A stretch of DNA of 64,000 nucleotides. Source: Vicugna vicugna (Eukaryota). The notes below the pieces were generated by a model. That model searched no databases, was not told where the DNA came from, and was given only the letters and a program-made list of their open reading frames with translations. Shown here piece by piece: positions 12,736-26,000 of this stretch. Positions within the stretch are counted from its first letter, which is position 1. Each line of letters starts with the position of its first letter. Position numbers and translations under genes: made by a program. The DNA lies in contig MU058844.1 in the NCBI GenBank assembly GCA_013265495.1, forward strand, positions 12,856,184-12,920,183, given 5' to 3'.

Positions 12736-13184
12736 TACCTTATTAGGCAGAGATAAGAGCCAAGTGTGGAGCTTGCAGGCCTGTTAAGCAAACTGTGGTG
12801 GTTAGGGTGTAAGTGTTGAGGTTTGGGGGAAAAGTGAGTTGAGGGTTCTTTTTACGTCCTTAGTCAGGATGATGGAGCTGCAGATCCCTAGGAATATGTG
12901 GAGCTCTGAGGGCTGTCCCCTGTAATTCTACCTGGTAGAAGGATACAGTGATGACACAAATGGAGTATCCATTTGTTATGCCTGGCTAGAATGTCGTATT
13001 CCTTTGTTATGCCTGGCATGAGAGGTCAGGAAAACCCTTACCAAGCATGTGATATTTTTTTCTAGGATTAGAAGAATGAATGTACCAGGAGAGTGATTGG
13101 GATAGCCTTAAGAGGCTGGAACTCAGGAGAGGTTAAGATGGGAAACTAATTTGAGGAGTTGTCAGTGAATAGAGTTCATTAAAA

Positions 13185-13288
13185 AAAATTTAATAGCCGC
13201 ATGTAGCTATTGGACACGTGTACCTATTGGACAGCACAGATACAGACCATTTCCATCATTGCAGAAAGTTCTATTTAACAGCACTGTA
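13185..13288. mobile_element. hAT-Charlie MITE fragment (MER33/MER3-like)
   Basis: attggacagcacagatacagaccatttccatcattgcagaaagttctatt..cagcactg. Confidence 0.7.
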
Positions 13289-14199
13289 GTAGGCCATTGT
13301 AATATTAAGGAAAAGTTAAATAATAATTTAATTCTTATTTATTTATGGTAGCAATAGAGAAAATCATATGAGATAACTAATTATGTGTTGTTACAGAACT
13401 GATACTAGAAAGTCAGAGTTGGGGAAAGATAACTTCAACTTGAACTTTGGTAGCAGAATTGGCAATTTGAGTTGAGCGTTCAAGGTCAGGGAACTTTTGA
13501 TCTGTCGAATAGGGAAGCAAAAACAAAGTTAGGAGAACATTACAGATCGCTCTGAGCAATAAATTTTAGTAGATGACAACTTAATTTAGATAAGTGAAAT
13601 TTTGGAGTTTCAAGGCTGTCTCATAGGAAATCAAAACATTTCTATGGAATGAGTATTTGGGTCAAATTGCAGAAGATTTAAATATCAGGACTTAGGGCTT
13701 ATTTTTTAAAGGATGGGTGCTATCAAATGTTTTTAAGTAGAGAAGCAACATGGCCCAAGTGATAATTTAGGGAATTAGCTTAAATTGGTAAGTTAATCAT
13801 TCCCTTCTCGGTCCTTTTTTAGTCTTTGTCTTTTGTTGTACTACTAATTCTGCCTTATGTCTGTATACCACTTTAACAAAAATCTATAAAGTACACTCAT
13901 GTAAACTGTTTTTAGTCTCACAACGATTTTGAAAAGTTTTAAGGTTTAATAATTGCATATTTGCAGAGGAGAAAATAAACTTCAGAACAGTTAAATGACT
14001 TGCTAATGATAGGGCTGGCTTGAAGAATGAGTAATATTGGGTGGTTTGGAGATGACTCATCTTAATGTCCAGTGAATTACTATACAGTACACAGAGTCTT
14101 CAATATGTCATCTTCTTGGCGGTAAAGACCATGTCTTTATTGTATTTTTGAATTCCAGTATTTAGCATACAAGATAAATGAGTGAAGTGAGACTGAATG

Positions 14200-14950
14200 C
14201 AAGGACATCTATTGAAAGGAAGATGCAGAATTTGAGAAATGTGGTTATGTGGATCTGGCCTAGTTGGTATTGAACCAAAGGACTAAATGTGCAATAGATA
14301 TTGTCTAGGTAAAGTTAATCAGAATTTAATGACCTGATCAGATAGATGTTGAGGGGAAAAGAGAATCTTAGATGTCTCAAGGGTTTAGATCTGAGTTATT
14401 GAAAGGAAAATGGTACCACTGAAAGAATTGGGCAAATTGGCATGGAAGCTGGTTTCTGAGGGAAGTTACTAAGTGTGATATTTGATATAAAGATGCTTGT
14501 TTAAACAAGCTTAAGCCCTTCCTTTGTTAACAGAATTTTACAATCAGAAGTTAATTTACAATAATGTCTAAACATACAGTTAGCAATGTTTTGGACTAAA
14601 GCTTTGGAGATGGACAAAGTCTGAAGAAGAAACTTGGAAGTCATCCGAATAAAGGTCATAAATGAGCCTTGAGTATGAATGGAATCTGCAGGAAAGAGAA
14701 GGCAGAGAAAAAACAAGTAGTTGAGGATTGAGCACTGGTTAAGGTCACCCACTCACTGAGTGGGAGGACAAAGTTGAGGTAGGGAACTAGGAGACAGGAA
14801 GTCAGAGCAGTAGTATTTTAGATACTAAGAGGAAAGGGGCTTCCATGGCGAAAAGACTGATGGAATTAAATTCATGCAGGGAGGATAAGAACTGTGAAAA
14901 AGCCCCAGAATGTGCCAGAGAGGACTTCACAGGTTGGCAAATTGACTGAT
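14200..14950 (-). mobile_element. L2 fragment
   Basis: Decayed L2 pattern (tttggagatggacaaag..ttggaagtcatc). Confidence 0.5.
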
Positions 14951-15529
14951 TTCCTGAAGCCTTGGAATTTTTTTTTTTTAAAGGTTTAGTTTCCAGTGTA
15001 AACATACTAGTAAACATACCATTGTACCTTTTCTTTCTGGTACTTCTTAAAAGATTAATGTACCACTTAATTCATTTGATAAACTCTGGGTGCTCTCTAG
15101 ATTCAGATTCAGGTACACGAAATTAAATCACGCCTGAGAAAATTTGTCTTTTTTTTAGATCTTGCCATATTCAGAAGTTGCTGAAGTTCAAGAGACAGTG
15201 AGTAATATATGGTGCTCTGTTTGAAATGTGAACATTTTTTGTATTTTGTTTTAGGATTTCAAGTTAGAGTCTTAAAATATATTTTTCACTATACTTAATC
15301 ATGGATGATTATTCCATTATAAAATAGCTAATGCAGATCGAAAAGATCACTTTAAAAATTGTGTTTTTATTTTTTCCAAAAAGTAGATAGGTTTAATCTT
15401 TTTGACTATAAAAATAATGCATACCAATGTGGCATATTTAAATAATTCAGAAAAATATGATACATATAATTCTACCTTCTAGAGATAACCACTGTTATTA
15501 TTTTGGTGACAGTATTTTCTTTTTCTTTC

Positions 15530-15775
15530 TTTTTTTTTAATCATCTTTTTTTTAACTTTTTTTATTGATTTATAATCATTTTACAATGTTGTATCAAATT
15601 CCAGTGTAGAGCACAATTTTTCAGTTATACATGAACGTATATATATTCATTGTCACATTTTTTTGTCTGTGAGCTACCGTAAGATCTTGTATATATTTCC
15701 CTGTACTATACAGTATAATCTTGTTTATCTGTTCTACAATTTTGAAATCCCAGTCTATCCCCTCCCACCCTCTGC
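15530..15775 (-). mobile_element. Young camelid-type L1 3' end
   Basis: Poly-T then ttattgatttataatcattttacaatgttgt..gtgagctaccgtaagatcttgtatatatttccctgt. Same family as 1863, 20592 and 42700. Confidence 0.8.
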
Positions 15776-15799
15776 CCCAATGACACTATTTTCTTACCA

Positions 15800-17205
15800 G
15801 CCTGAAGCTTTCCCTGTACAGGTCTGTACGTTCAGTTGCCTACTTGGCATTTCGATTTGGACATCTAACAGGCATTTCAAACTTAAGCTTTCCCAAACTG
15901 AGATATAGTCAGCCCTCCATTTGCAAGGGTTCCCATCCACTGATTCAACAAACTGCAGATGGAAAATATTTGGGGAAAAAATTCTAGAAAGTTTCAAAAA
16001 GCAAAACTTGAATTTGCCTCATGCTGGCAACTATTTATATAACATTTACATTGTATTTAAACTATTTACATAGTATTTACATTGTATTAGGCATTATAAG
16101 TAATCTGGAGATGATTTTAAAGTATATGGGAGAATATGCATGGGTTACATACAAATACTATGCCATTTTCTATAAGGGATTTGGGCAGCCCCAGATTTTG
16201 GTATTGCAGAGGAGGCGGGTTTTGGTACCAATCTTCTGTGGATACCAAGGAAAGACTGTACTTAATATTTCTCCCCGTAAACTAGTTCGTCTCACTGTCT
16301 TTTCTATCTCAGATAATAGCAGTTCTGTTCTTCGAGGTGGTCAGACTCCAACACTTAACATCGTTTGATTCCTTTTTTTCTTTTACCTCGTACTTGGGCT
16401 ATTTGGAAATTTTGTTGGCCCAGCCCTCAAAATATATTCAGAACTCAGCTACTTATCTCTCTCACTGCTACCATCTTGGTCCACAGCTCCTTCATCTCTT
16501 CCCTAAGCTATTGCAGCAACCTCAAAACTGATTATACCCCCGTCTATCTAGTCTGTTATCAACATAGCAGCCAGAGCAATCCTGTCAACACGTAATGGGA
16601 TATGTTACTCCTTTTCTCAGGGCCATCCTGTGGCTCCCCATCTCATTCAGAATAAAACAAAAGTCCTGAGTGGGTCTTATAAACTCCTACACCTGTTTAC
16701 ACCTTTGACTTCATCTCCTGCTACTCTTCTACTTGTATTGACTCCAGCCTCTCTGGCCTTTTTACTATCCCCCAAAAACTCCAGACTTGCTCCCATTCCA
16801 GTCCTCCACTCACTCTACAGTTGCTCCTCCCTTTCCCTAGAATACTCTTCCATTTTATGTCCTTCTGGTAAGTTCCCTCATTCAGTCAACTTTGTAGTAA
16901 GGCCTTCTTAGGCCATCCTACCTAAAACCTTAACTTGCTCGTCCCTAATATTTTATATGTCTTCATTCTCTGCTAATTTCTTCTTAGTATTAATACTATA
17001 CAATATAACACAAACTTTTACGTGTTTATTATGTTACCATTTGTTATTGTTTATCTTCCCCAGTAGAATGTAACTACTACAAGGGCAGGGTTTTTGTCTA
17101 TTTTGTTCACTGCTATATCCTTCAGTGCCTAAAATGATACCTGTCTATATATAGTAGGTACTCATGAATATTTGGATGGATGGGTGGATGGATGGATGGA
17201 TGGGT
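15800..17205 (+). mobile_element. L2 LINE (3' part) ending in (TGGA)n
   Basis: tggacatctaacaggcatttcaaacttaa...tagaatgtaa..agggcaggg..tagtaggtactca..tggatgga. Confidence 0.8.
15906..16258 (+). mobile_element. Tigger3/MER2-like DNA transposon nested in L2
   Basis: Ends tagtcagccctccat.. / gtggataccaaggaaagactg, TA flanks. Confidence 0.75.
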
Positions 17206-17744
17206 GATAGATCCAATGGTAGGAGTAGACAGCATTTACTTTGATTGTACTTCAGTGCCTCAATTAAAAAAAAATACTGGGTTAATCCATTAGAATCAGG
17301 TTTATATGACACAGATATGCTTGAGGATATAATATTGAAAGCATAATTTGAAAGAAATATTCAGAAGTTGCTATATATGTTAAGGATTATTTTCTGGGAG
17401 TAAATATGCAAAGAGTACAGCTGCACAGAAGATGACAGAGCTGTTAATCAACAGAATGGTGAGAATTATATCATACAAAACTGTACAATAAAACTGAACT
17501 AAACCTTTTATCCTAAAGAGAAGACCAGCTCAATACCTTCAGATATGATTGGCCCTGTAAAATTAAATACTCCCAGCTATGTATATATGGTTAGAACCAC
17601 TGCTCTCCTTTAGGAAATTACAGGTAAATGTAGGGAAACTAATAATTATTCATATCAGTACAGGAAGATTTTTTAGAAGATCTCTAGGGAGCATTTGTAA
17701 AATTTGCTGCTGTTGTATCTGTCAATTTCCTAGCTTTCAGTTTT

Positions 17745-18275
17745 GCAATATTATATTAGTTGTATTTATTGGTATATAACAAATCATCCCAAAATTAAAT
17801 AGTACAAAATAACAAACATTCATCATATTATACTTTCTGTGAGTCAGGAATCTAAGAGCAGCTTTGCCAGATGTCTGGCTCAGAATCTCTCGTGGTTGCA
17901 GTCAAGCTACTGGGGAGAGAGGCTGCTGCAGTCTCATCTGAAAGCTTGACTTGGGGAGAGGGAGGCAGAGAAGGCAGGAGATCCACTTCCAAGCTCGCTT
18001 AGGGCTTGTTGACAGACCTCAGTTTCTTTGCCTCATGGGCCTCTCTAAGGTATGCCATGACGCAGCAGTTGGCTTTCCCCAGGATGATCTAAGAGAGAGT
18101 GAGAGACTGCAAATATGATATAAGTCATAGTCTTGTTAATGACACCCTTTCACCTCTGACATACTCTGTTCATTATAAGTGATTCAGCAAGTCCTGTATA
18201 TGCTCAAGGAGAGTGGATTATACACCAAGAAGGGGGGTATTACTGGGACCATTTTAGAGATTGCTTATCAGACAT
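17745..18275 (-). mobile_element. MaLR LTR (MLT1)
   Basis: taacaaatcatcccaaaatt..tttctgtgagtcaggaatct..ggttgcagtcaag..ccacttccaagctc. Confidence 0.75.
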
Positions 18276-18849
18276 ACTGTAATCTCTTCCCACTTGCTTG
18301 CTAACTGTAGTAATATGGCCATTTCAGTACTAAGGATTTGAGCACAATTATTTCATTGTCACTAAAGCTGTACTTTTTTAGTTTATCCGGGAAACTGAAA
18401 TCAGTTTATAGAAGAATGAGCTTAAATGGGGCAACTACAGAACAATGAATTGAGCAAATCCCTTTAAAGGCATTAGAACATAATTTTAAGCATTGTGAAA
18501 TAACCATCACTTTAGAGAAGCAAAAGGGCCAAGATTTTTTTTTTCTCCTGGGAGACAACAGAAGTCCGAAGCTAACAACCGCTACCTTATTTTTTTCCCC
18601 TCCGGTTATAGCCAATTAAGATCTCCCATTCCCTTTATTAATTTTTGAGGTTAATTTTTGCTTTTATTTGCCAGTGTAAAAACTGTAGTGGCTTGCAAAC
18701 ATTATTGACCTAAAAAATACATTTTACATCACAATTCAACAAACACACACATACATATATAATATATGTATATAACTGAAACCGAAGTTTTGCTAAAAAT
18801 GTCTACCCTGAGTTTTCTTGTTTTTAAGAGTTTTCTGTGTGTGTGTGTG

Positions 18850-19108
18850 TAGTTTTAGGTTTACAACAAAGTTGACAGGAAGGTACAGAAATTATCCATA
18901 TGTTCCCTCTCCACACATATGCATAGTCATTATTTTTGTTTACCAGAGTGGTATTTGTTTTAAACTAAAGATGAACATACTTTGACACATCATAATCACC
19001 AAAGTCCACAGTTCACCTTAGTTTGAACAAAAGCATAATGACATAGATATCCATCATTATAATATCATACAAAGTATTTTCAAGGCTCTAAAAAACTTCT
19101 GCACTCCA
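18850..19108 (-). mobile_element. L1M 3' end fragment
   Basis: agttttaggtttaca..ttgacacatcataatcaccaaagtcca. Confidence 0.7.
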
Positions 19109-20128
19109 GGATGGCATATGGAATCTCTTTCTTTTTTCCTTTGAAAAGAGGTTCAAATCCTTCATGTCTATAAGCCCACTCATGGCCCACCCAAGCATGG
19201 ACGGGACAGGCTCTAGGTGGCAAATTCCCCCTCTAAATACTGCGGCTTTTCTTCCAGTATTGAGCCCTGTCCCACTGGTCCTGCCCAGCAGCTATGTGCA
19301 GGTAAATTAGACCAAATAGTAATGTGTCGTTAGTGGGAATTTTTTTGTTGTTACTTCAGTTCTGATATGTTTGCATACGTGGTATTTGAAATGAAGGAAA
19401 GCTGAGGACTGTTCCTGCCAAGGAAGACCAAAGCATTTGTCCATAGGCAACACTTACCGTAATGTCGTGTATTAAAATAGTTACTAGACAAAAGTCAGCT
19501 GTCTTTTTCCCGTTTATTTTAGTTGATTACAGTTTATTTATGTAAGAAATGGGTCTTCTGACTTCCTTAAGACCAGTAGCTCCAGATTGTATACTTGATA
19601 TTTAGTGGGGCCTAAGAAAGTTTTTTATGACTTAATACAATTTATTGTTGTAATCGTAGTCTTTTTTTTTTTTGCCATTTGAGAAAAAATTTGTTTCACT
19701 TTGCTGGTGTCTGTAAAAGCTCTTTGCATAATGCTTGGCATAATATAAGCACTAAGTAAATATTCCTTTCCTTATGTAGATGGAACAGACTGAATTTCTA
19801 TGTAATGTTAAGTGCTTTCACAGCATGCAGAACTAATATTTAATAGTGCATGGATGTTATATATTTTTAAACAACTTAAATTTTAAGACTAAATAACTTT
19901 TGTCTGTCCTTTACATTTCTAAATAATTCTTACCACTCCTAACCCATATCTTGAATTATAATTGAAAATAATTTTTGACTTGAGTAATTTTTATAACAAA
20001 ATACTTGAGTGATTTCATTTCTCTTTCCACGTTCATTTTCCAAAATTGAAAAAAAAAATTAGCTAATGCCTAAGCCAAGATCTTTTTAAGTGTGGAAAAG
20101 GAAATTCCTTGCGAATTATGATTATTAG

Positions 20129-20272
20129 AATTGATATGCATGTGCTTTCTACTTATAAACTAATGCTATTTTCCTTGTCCTTTTGTTTCACTGCTGCTTC
20201 AATCCTGATGCATTTTGCTTCTTCCTGGTTTGGATTGTATTTGTTTGCTGCTCAATTACCCTGCATTAAAAG
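20129..20272 (+). promoter_or_regulatory. AG-exclusion zone / distant branch point upstream of exon 3
   Basis: No AG between 20129 and 20270. CTAAT at 20160-20164 is followed by a pyrimidine tract. TGCATG at 20137. Confidence 0.65.
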
Positions 20273-20309
20273 CTTCTTGGTGATAGCAAAGATGTCCTTG
20301 GGCCATCAA
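20273..20309 (+). CDS. OSBPL8: OSBPL8 37-nt exon 3 (LLGDSKDVLGPS-T)
   Basis: aaag|CTTCTTGGTGAT...CCATCAA|gtaagt. Peptide identical to recalled human ORP8 residues 15-27, phase 0 to 1. Confidence 0.95.
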
Positions 20310-20591
20310 GTAAGTAGCTAAAGTTTGAATGGCATGTTTGGAGACTTGACAGTACTTTGATGTGTAGTTATGAAAGGCACATGGTGTTTCTGTTTTGATT
20401 ATTAAGTCTTCTTTTCTTTCTAGGCATTGAAATACAAAGTAAAGAATATAAATGGTCATTCAGTACCCATCTATTGTCAGTGTCCATCTGAGATTGACAG
20501 TTTATATATTTACATCCTTTATGTCTAAGGATGGGTTATTTAGTTAGCCAGTTATCTAATTCATAATTTAGAAATTCATAATTCCTAAATT

Positions 20592-20656
20592 TTTTTAACA
20601 TTTTTTATTGATTTATAATCATTTTACAATGTTGTGTCAAATTCCAGTGTTCAGCA
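20592..20656 (-). mobile_element. ~65-bp young L1 3' end with perfect 15-bp TSD
   Basis: cataattcctaaatt at 20577-20591 and 20657-20671. Confidence 0.85.
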
Positions 20657-23059
20657 CATAATTCCTAAATTATGAATTATGAATTAATACTTATTTATTA
20701 TATACTTTCTACAATCATCACAAAGCATAGATCCGATTATTTTGAGGCTGGACATGGTACAGCAAATTCACTGCCACGCGAAAATGAGAAATACTGTTTT
20801 ATTTTGTCAGAATTTTTACATAATAGATCATTTGGTTCTGAAAAAATTTATTTATACTTTGGTGATTTCATAAGTGAAACATGTTTTATCTTGGGGATTT
20901 TGAAGATGAACCCTTTAAATTTATGTCAAAGTATTTTTTGACTAGATACTGTGCTAGCTCTGGGGGATACACGATAAATAAAACATTTACCTTGCCCCTA
21001 AGGATCATTATAGATTAATAGGGGAGTTAGATCCATGAATAGATACTCAAAGCTTTGTGTCAGGTGCAACTTTTGTATTAAAAGTCATAGAATTACTGAG
21101 GTAAAAGAAACTTCAGAGATCATTTAATAAAACATTAATTTTGTAGATGAAGAGCCTGAAGCTAAGAACTTAAATATCCAAGGAGTTAGAATTGGTTAGT
21201 AGCTCAGCGTGCCATCTTCTGGTTTTAAAAAATCAGAAAGAAACTCTCAATTTACTGAATTCAAGTCAAACCAAATAATTAAAATATTATTGCATCATAA
21301 ATCAAAGATTTTGACTGTATTCAAGACCAATGTAGAAATTATATTGAATTAGGAAATTTTAGTATTTATTCCTAAATAATTGTCTGATTGTTGCAAATCA
21401 GTTCACTCCTTTAGGGCTCATTTTTTGTGCTAGCTAAAGAAGGGCACTGAGCGAGATAATGCAAAGTGTCTTCTAGTTGTCAAAATACTCTGGTCTGGAT
21501 CAGTTGCTATTTGTCTCTAATAATGGTTATAGTATGTTTGTAATTTTGTTTTCTAAAAAGAGGGGTAATTTAAAGTAATATGTTAAAATGCCTTTTTTAG
21601 TCTTAATTGTAACAATTCGTAGTATTTTAAATATATTGTTCATTATACATCCAGCATGATTAGAATAGCAGAAATTGTAAAAGTAGAAAAAGCACATAAA
21701 TCCCAGCACATTTTTATGTTTTCTTGTTCAGCCTTACTTGTGACATCTGGTAGATATTTTCAATGGATTTTTTAGTTACTTATAATGAACTTATGTATTT
21801 AGATGTTAGCTTAGGTGTACTGATTGGCACTGCTGAACTTTACAAATAGAATTGCATTTTTATTATCAATTGAAGTGGTTCTACTTTAGGAACTGGGTTT
21901 TATAAATGAAGGTCTTTAATTTCTACTTGGAACAGAAGAAATTTATTGTGGTTAAATATTTTAAGCATATATAAATTAAGATATACAGCATATATTAAAG
22001 ATGAATTTATATTGTACTCTGCCAACTATTAAAAGGCTGGGGTTGTATAATTATTTACTGGAGACCATATATCTTTTAGAGTGAAAAGTAATTTCATATA
22101 GTACTTTAAATTATTTAAGTATTTGAGAAAAGGTATACCATCTGTAAGGGGATATCTAGGATTTACATAGAGATTATTTATGACTTTAAAATAATCACTT
22201 AACTCCATTTTAACTTTCACTTAAATTAAGGGCAAACACCAGACTTTGAAGCTTGTAAAACTCTTCACATTTTGTGTTGATGAGTTGAATTCAGAAAGTA
22301 AAAATGGTAGTTATAGAATCATAATCTCCTTAGAAGTTAAAGCTGTTATGTTAATTATATTACTGTTAATTATTCCAGTGTGATTAGTTTTTACCACACT
22401 TAAAAACAAGATGAATAGCAAAGTAGGTTACTTTGCTTTGCTGTGCTGTGCTTTCTCTTTGCCTTCCTTTGACTACAAGGTAGAACCAGGAGAGGGCACT
22501 GTAATGCAATCTTAAGAAGGTGAGATGGTTGATTTTATTATCAGAAACAGTTTTGGAATCTTGCAGTGATTCATTCCTCAAATATCTCTCGAGGCATTTA
22601 GCAAGTATTTATTGTCAGTTTTAGCCAAATAAAAACAAAGTTACTGCCCTTCTTGAGTTTACATGTATATAGTCTACTGTTGTGAAAATTATATAGGACA
22701 TCAAAATGATTTTTATATTATGCAAATTCTCTATTGTCTGTATAGTTAATGTTTGTGAATAGAGTAAGAGAAAAAAATAGAAAAATAAGCTTTCTGTTTT
22801 TTTCTAAGGAAATATACTATATATATATTGCTATTTCTACAGACTCACTTCATGGTTATCAAAATCATGAACAGTAATACATCAATCAGTAAGGCATTAG
22901 AAAGGGGTGAATAGAACTAAATTTATACTTCTCAGAATATTTCCTTTTTTATATAGTGAAGGTATTTAAGACATAGGTACCTATGTCTTGCTGATGGAGT
23001 ACTAAAGCATACTTTAATGTACTAATGTCTTAATGGACTAATGTACTTAAATGTACTAA

Positions 23060-26000
23060 TACTTATGTGGCATATGTAAATTATAAAGCATAATCATACA
23101 GGGAGTACATATTGAACCTACCAGTCAACATAGGAACTTGAATCTTACAGATGCCTCATGTCTATCTACGTGCTGCTTGTCTCTCTGTCCCTGTGCCTGC
23201 CCCAGAGGGATGATGACTGATTTGTATTTTTTTGTTTATTATTCTTTGCTTTTTCTCTTGGGGGCAGGGGGTAGTTATTAGGTTTATTTATTTATTTTAA
23301 TGGAGGTACTATGAATTGAACCCAGGACGTCATGCATACTAAACATGCACTCTACCACTGAGGTATACCCTGTCCCTTGTATTCTTTGCTTTTTTTTAAA
23401 TAGATTCTTTTCATTATTTTTAGGTTACATACATATAAGTAAGGTTTGCTAGGTTTTTAATTTTATGGGAATGGTATCATGCTATGTATCATCTTCTAGG
23501 GCTTATTTTTTGTAGTTAACATTTCATTTCCAAGATTCAGCCATGTTATTGGGTATAGATAGAAACCATCCCTTTTTAGTGCTACATACTATTCCATTAC
23601 ATGCAACACCACAATATATTAATCCTCTTTTGGTTTCAACTGATGAATATTTAAGTTGTTTTGATTTTTGCTATTATGAGTAGCATTCCTATGAACATTC
23701 TTGTTCTTATCTCTTGGTACACACATATAAGTGTATTTCTAGGTATGAAGCTAACAGTGGAATTTTTGGACCCATAGGGTATGCTGATACTCAATTTTAT
23801 AAGATCTGAATTGTTTTTCAAAGTGCTTGTATCAGTTTTTTCTCTACCAGCAATGCTTGAGGTGTCTCACAGATCCCATCCTTATCAGAATTTGGTATTA
23901 TCAGACATACTAATTTTTTTCAGTTTTACTGAATATGAAATATGTATTTAATTGTGATCTTGATTTGTGTTTTCCTGATTACTAAAGAGGATGAACATCT
24001 TTTTGTACATTTTTTGTGCATTTCTTCTTCTATGAACTAACTGTTCATGTTTCCCCTCCATTTTTTTTAAATTAAAATTCTTTAATTGAGGTATAATTGA
24101 CATACAACATTGTATTAGTTTGAGGTGTGTAATATATTGACTCCATATTTGTATATATTGTGAAATGATAACTATAGTAATTCTACTTAACACCTGATAC
24201 CATACATTGTTACAGAATTTTCCTTCCTTGTGAGAGCTTTTAAGATTTACTCTTAGCAAATTTAAAATATGCAATACAGTATTATTAACTGTAGTTGTCA
24301 TGCTGTACATTATATCCACATGACTTATTCACTTTATAAGTACAGCTTTGTACCTTTTGATCCCTTTCACCCATTTTACCCACCCACAACCCCCCCCCAG
24401 CAAACCACCAATCTGTTCTCTGTATCTTTGAATGCAGTTTTTTGTTGTTGTTGGTTATTTGTTTAGATTTCACATATAAAGGAGATCGTATGGTATTTGT
24501 CTGTCTCTGTTTGACTTATTTCACTTAGCATAATGTCCTCGAGGTTTATCCATGTTCTCACAAGTGGAGAGATTTCATACTTTTTTATGGCTAAGTAGTG
24601 TTCCATTGTGTATATACACCACGTTTTCTTTTTCCATTCTTCTACTGATGGACACTGAGGTTGTTACTGTATCTTGGCTATTGTAAATAATGCTGCAGTG
24701 AACATGAGTGCATATATCCTTTCAAATTAGGGTTTTCATTTTCTTTGGATAAATACTCAGAAGTGGACTTGCTGGATCATATGGTAGTTCTCAGTTTATT
24801 TTTTGAGGAACCTCTGTACTGTTTTCTATATTGGCTCTACCTACTTACATTTCCACCAACCAGTGCATGAGGGTTCCCTTTTCTCCACATCCTCTTCAAC
24901 ACTTGTTATTTCTTGTCTTTTTGATAGTAGCCATTCTAACAGTTATGAAATGATAGTTCATTGTGGTTTTGATTTGCATTTTCCTGATAATTAGTGATAT
25001 TGAACATCTTTTCATGTACCTTTTGGCTGTTGAGCTATATGAGGTCTTTGTATGTTTTGGATATTAACTCTTTATTAGATATATGATTTGCGACTATTTT
25101 GTCGCATTCAGTAAGTTGCCTATTCATTGTATTAATGGTTTTCTTTTCTGTGCAGAAGCTTATTAGTTTGATATAGTTTCAATTGCTTATTTTTCCTTTT
25201 GTTGCCATTACTTTTCGTGTGAAATCAAAAAATCATTGTCAAGCCTGATGTCAAGGAGCTTACTTCCAGTTTTCTTTTAGAACTTCTATAGTTTTAGGTC
25301 TTACATTTGAATCTTTAATCCATTTTCAGTTAAATTTTTTTGTACGAGTAAGATAGTGGTCCAGTTTCCCCAACACCATTTATTAAGGAGACTGTCCTTT
25401 TCCCTATTGTATATCCTTGGCTTCTTTATCATAAATTAATTGACCATATATGTATAGGTTTATCTCTGGGCTCTCTATTCTGTGTCATCGATCATGTGTC
25501 TGTTTTTATGCCAATACCATAGTGTTTTGATAACTTTAGCTTTGTAATAATAACTTTAGACTAAGGAGTTTAATGCCTCCAGTTCTGTTCTTCTTTCTCA
25601 AGATTACTTTGGTTATTTGGGGTCTTTTGTGGTTCCATACAAATTTCAAGATTGTTTTTTCTGTTTTTATAAAAAAAAAAAATACCAGTGGAATTTTTAG
25701 AGGGATTGCATTGTTTGTAGTTTGCTTTGGGTAGTTTGGACATTTAAATGCTATTAATTCATCCAATCCATGAGCATGTTATATCTTTTCATTTGTGTGT
25801 ATTTTCTTTAACTTTTGTTAGTGTCTTAAAGTTTCCAATATACAGGTCTTTCACCTCCTTGGTTAAATTTATTCTTAGATATTTTATTCTTTTTGATACA
25901 TCCCTGATAACATTTTTCTTTTTGTTTGTCTTTTTAAAATTGATTTATAGGAGTTTTTAACATGTTCTGGACAAGCTCTAATTGTGTTACATTTTCTTCT

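Noticed and set aside
20109..20321. 70-aa ORF spanning exon 3
   Set aside because: Different frame from the real exon. Openness reflects the AG-poor, pyrimidine-rich intron end.
23010..23065. Degenerate TAATGTAC tandem repeats
   Set aside because: Short low-complexity slippage at the edge of an old L1. No evidence of function.
23948..25960. Cluster of 60-123 aa ORFs
   Set aside because: L1 3'UTR/ORF2 remnants with stops and frameshifts.
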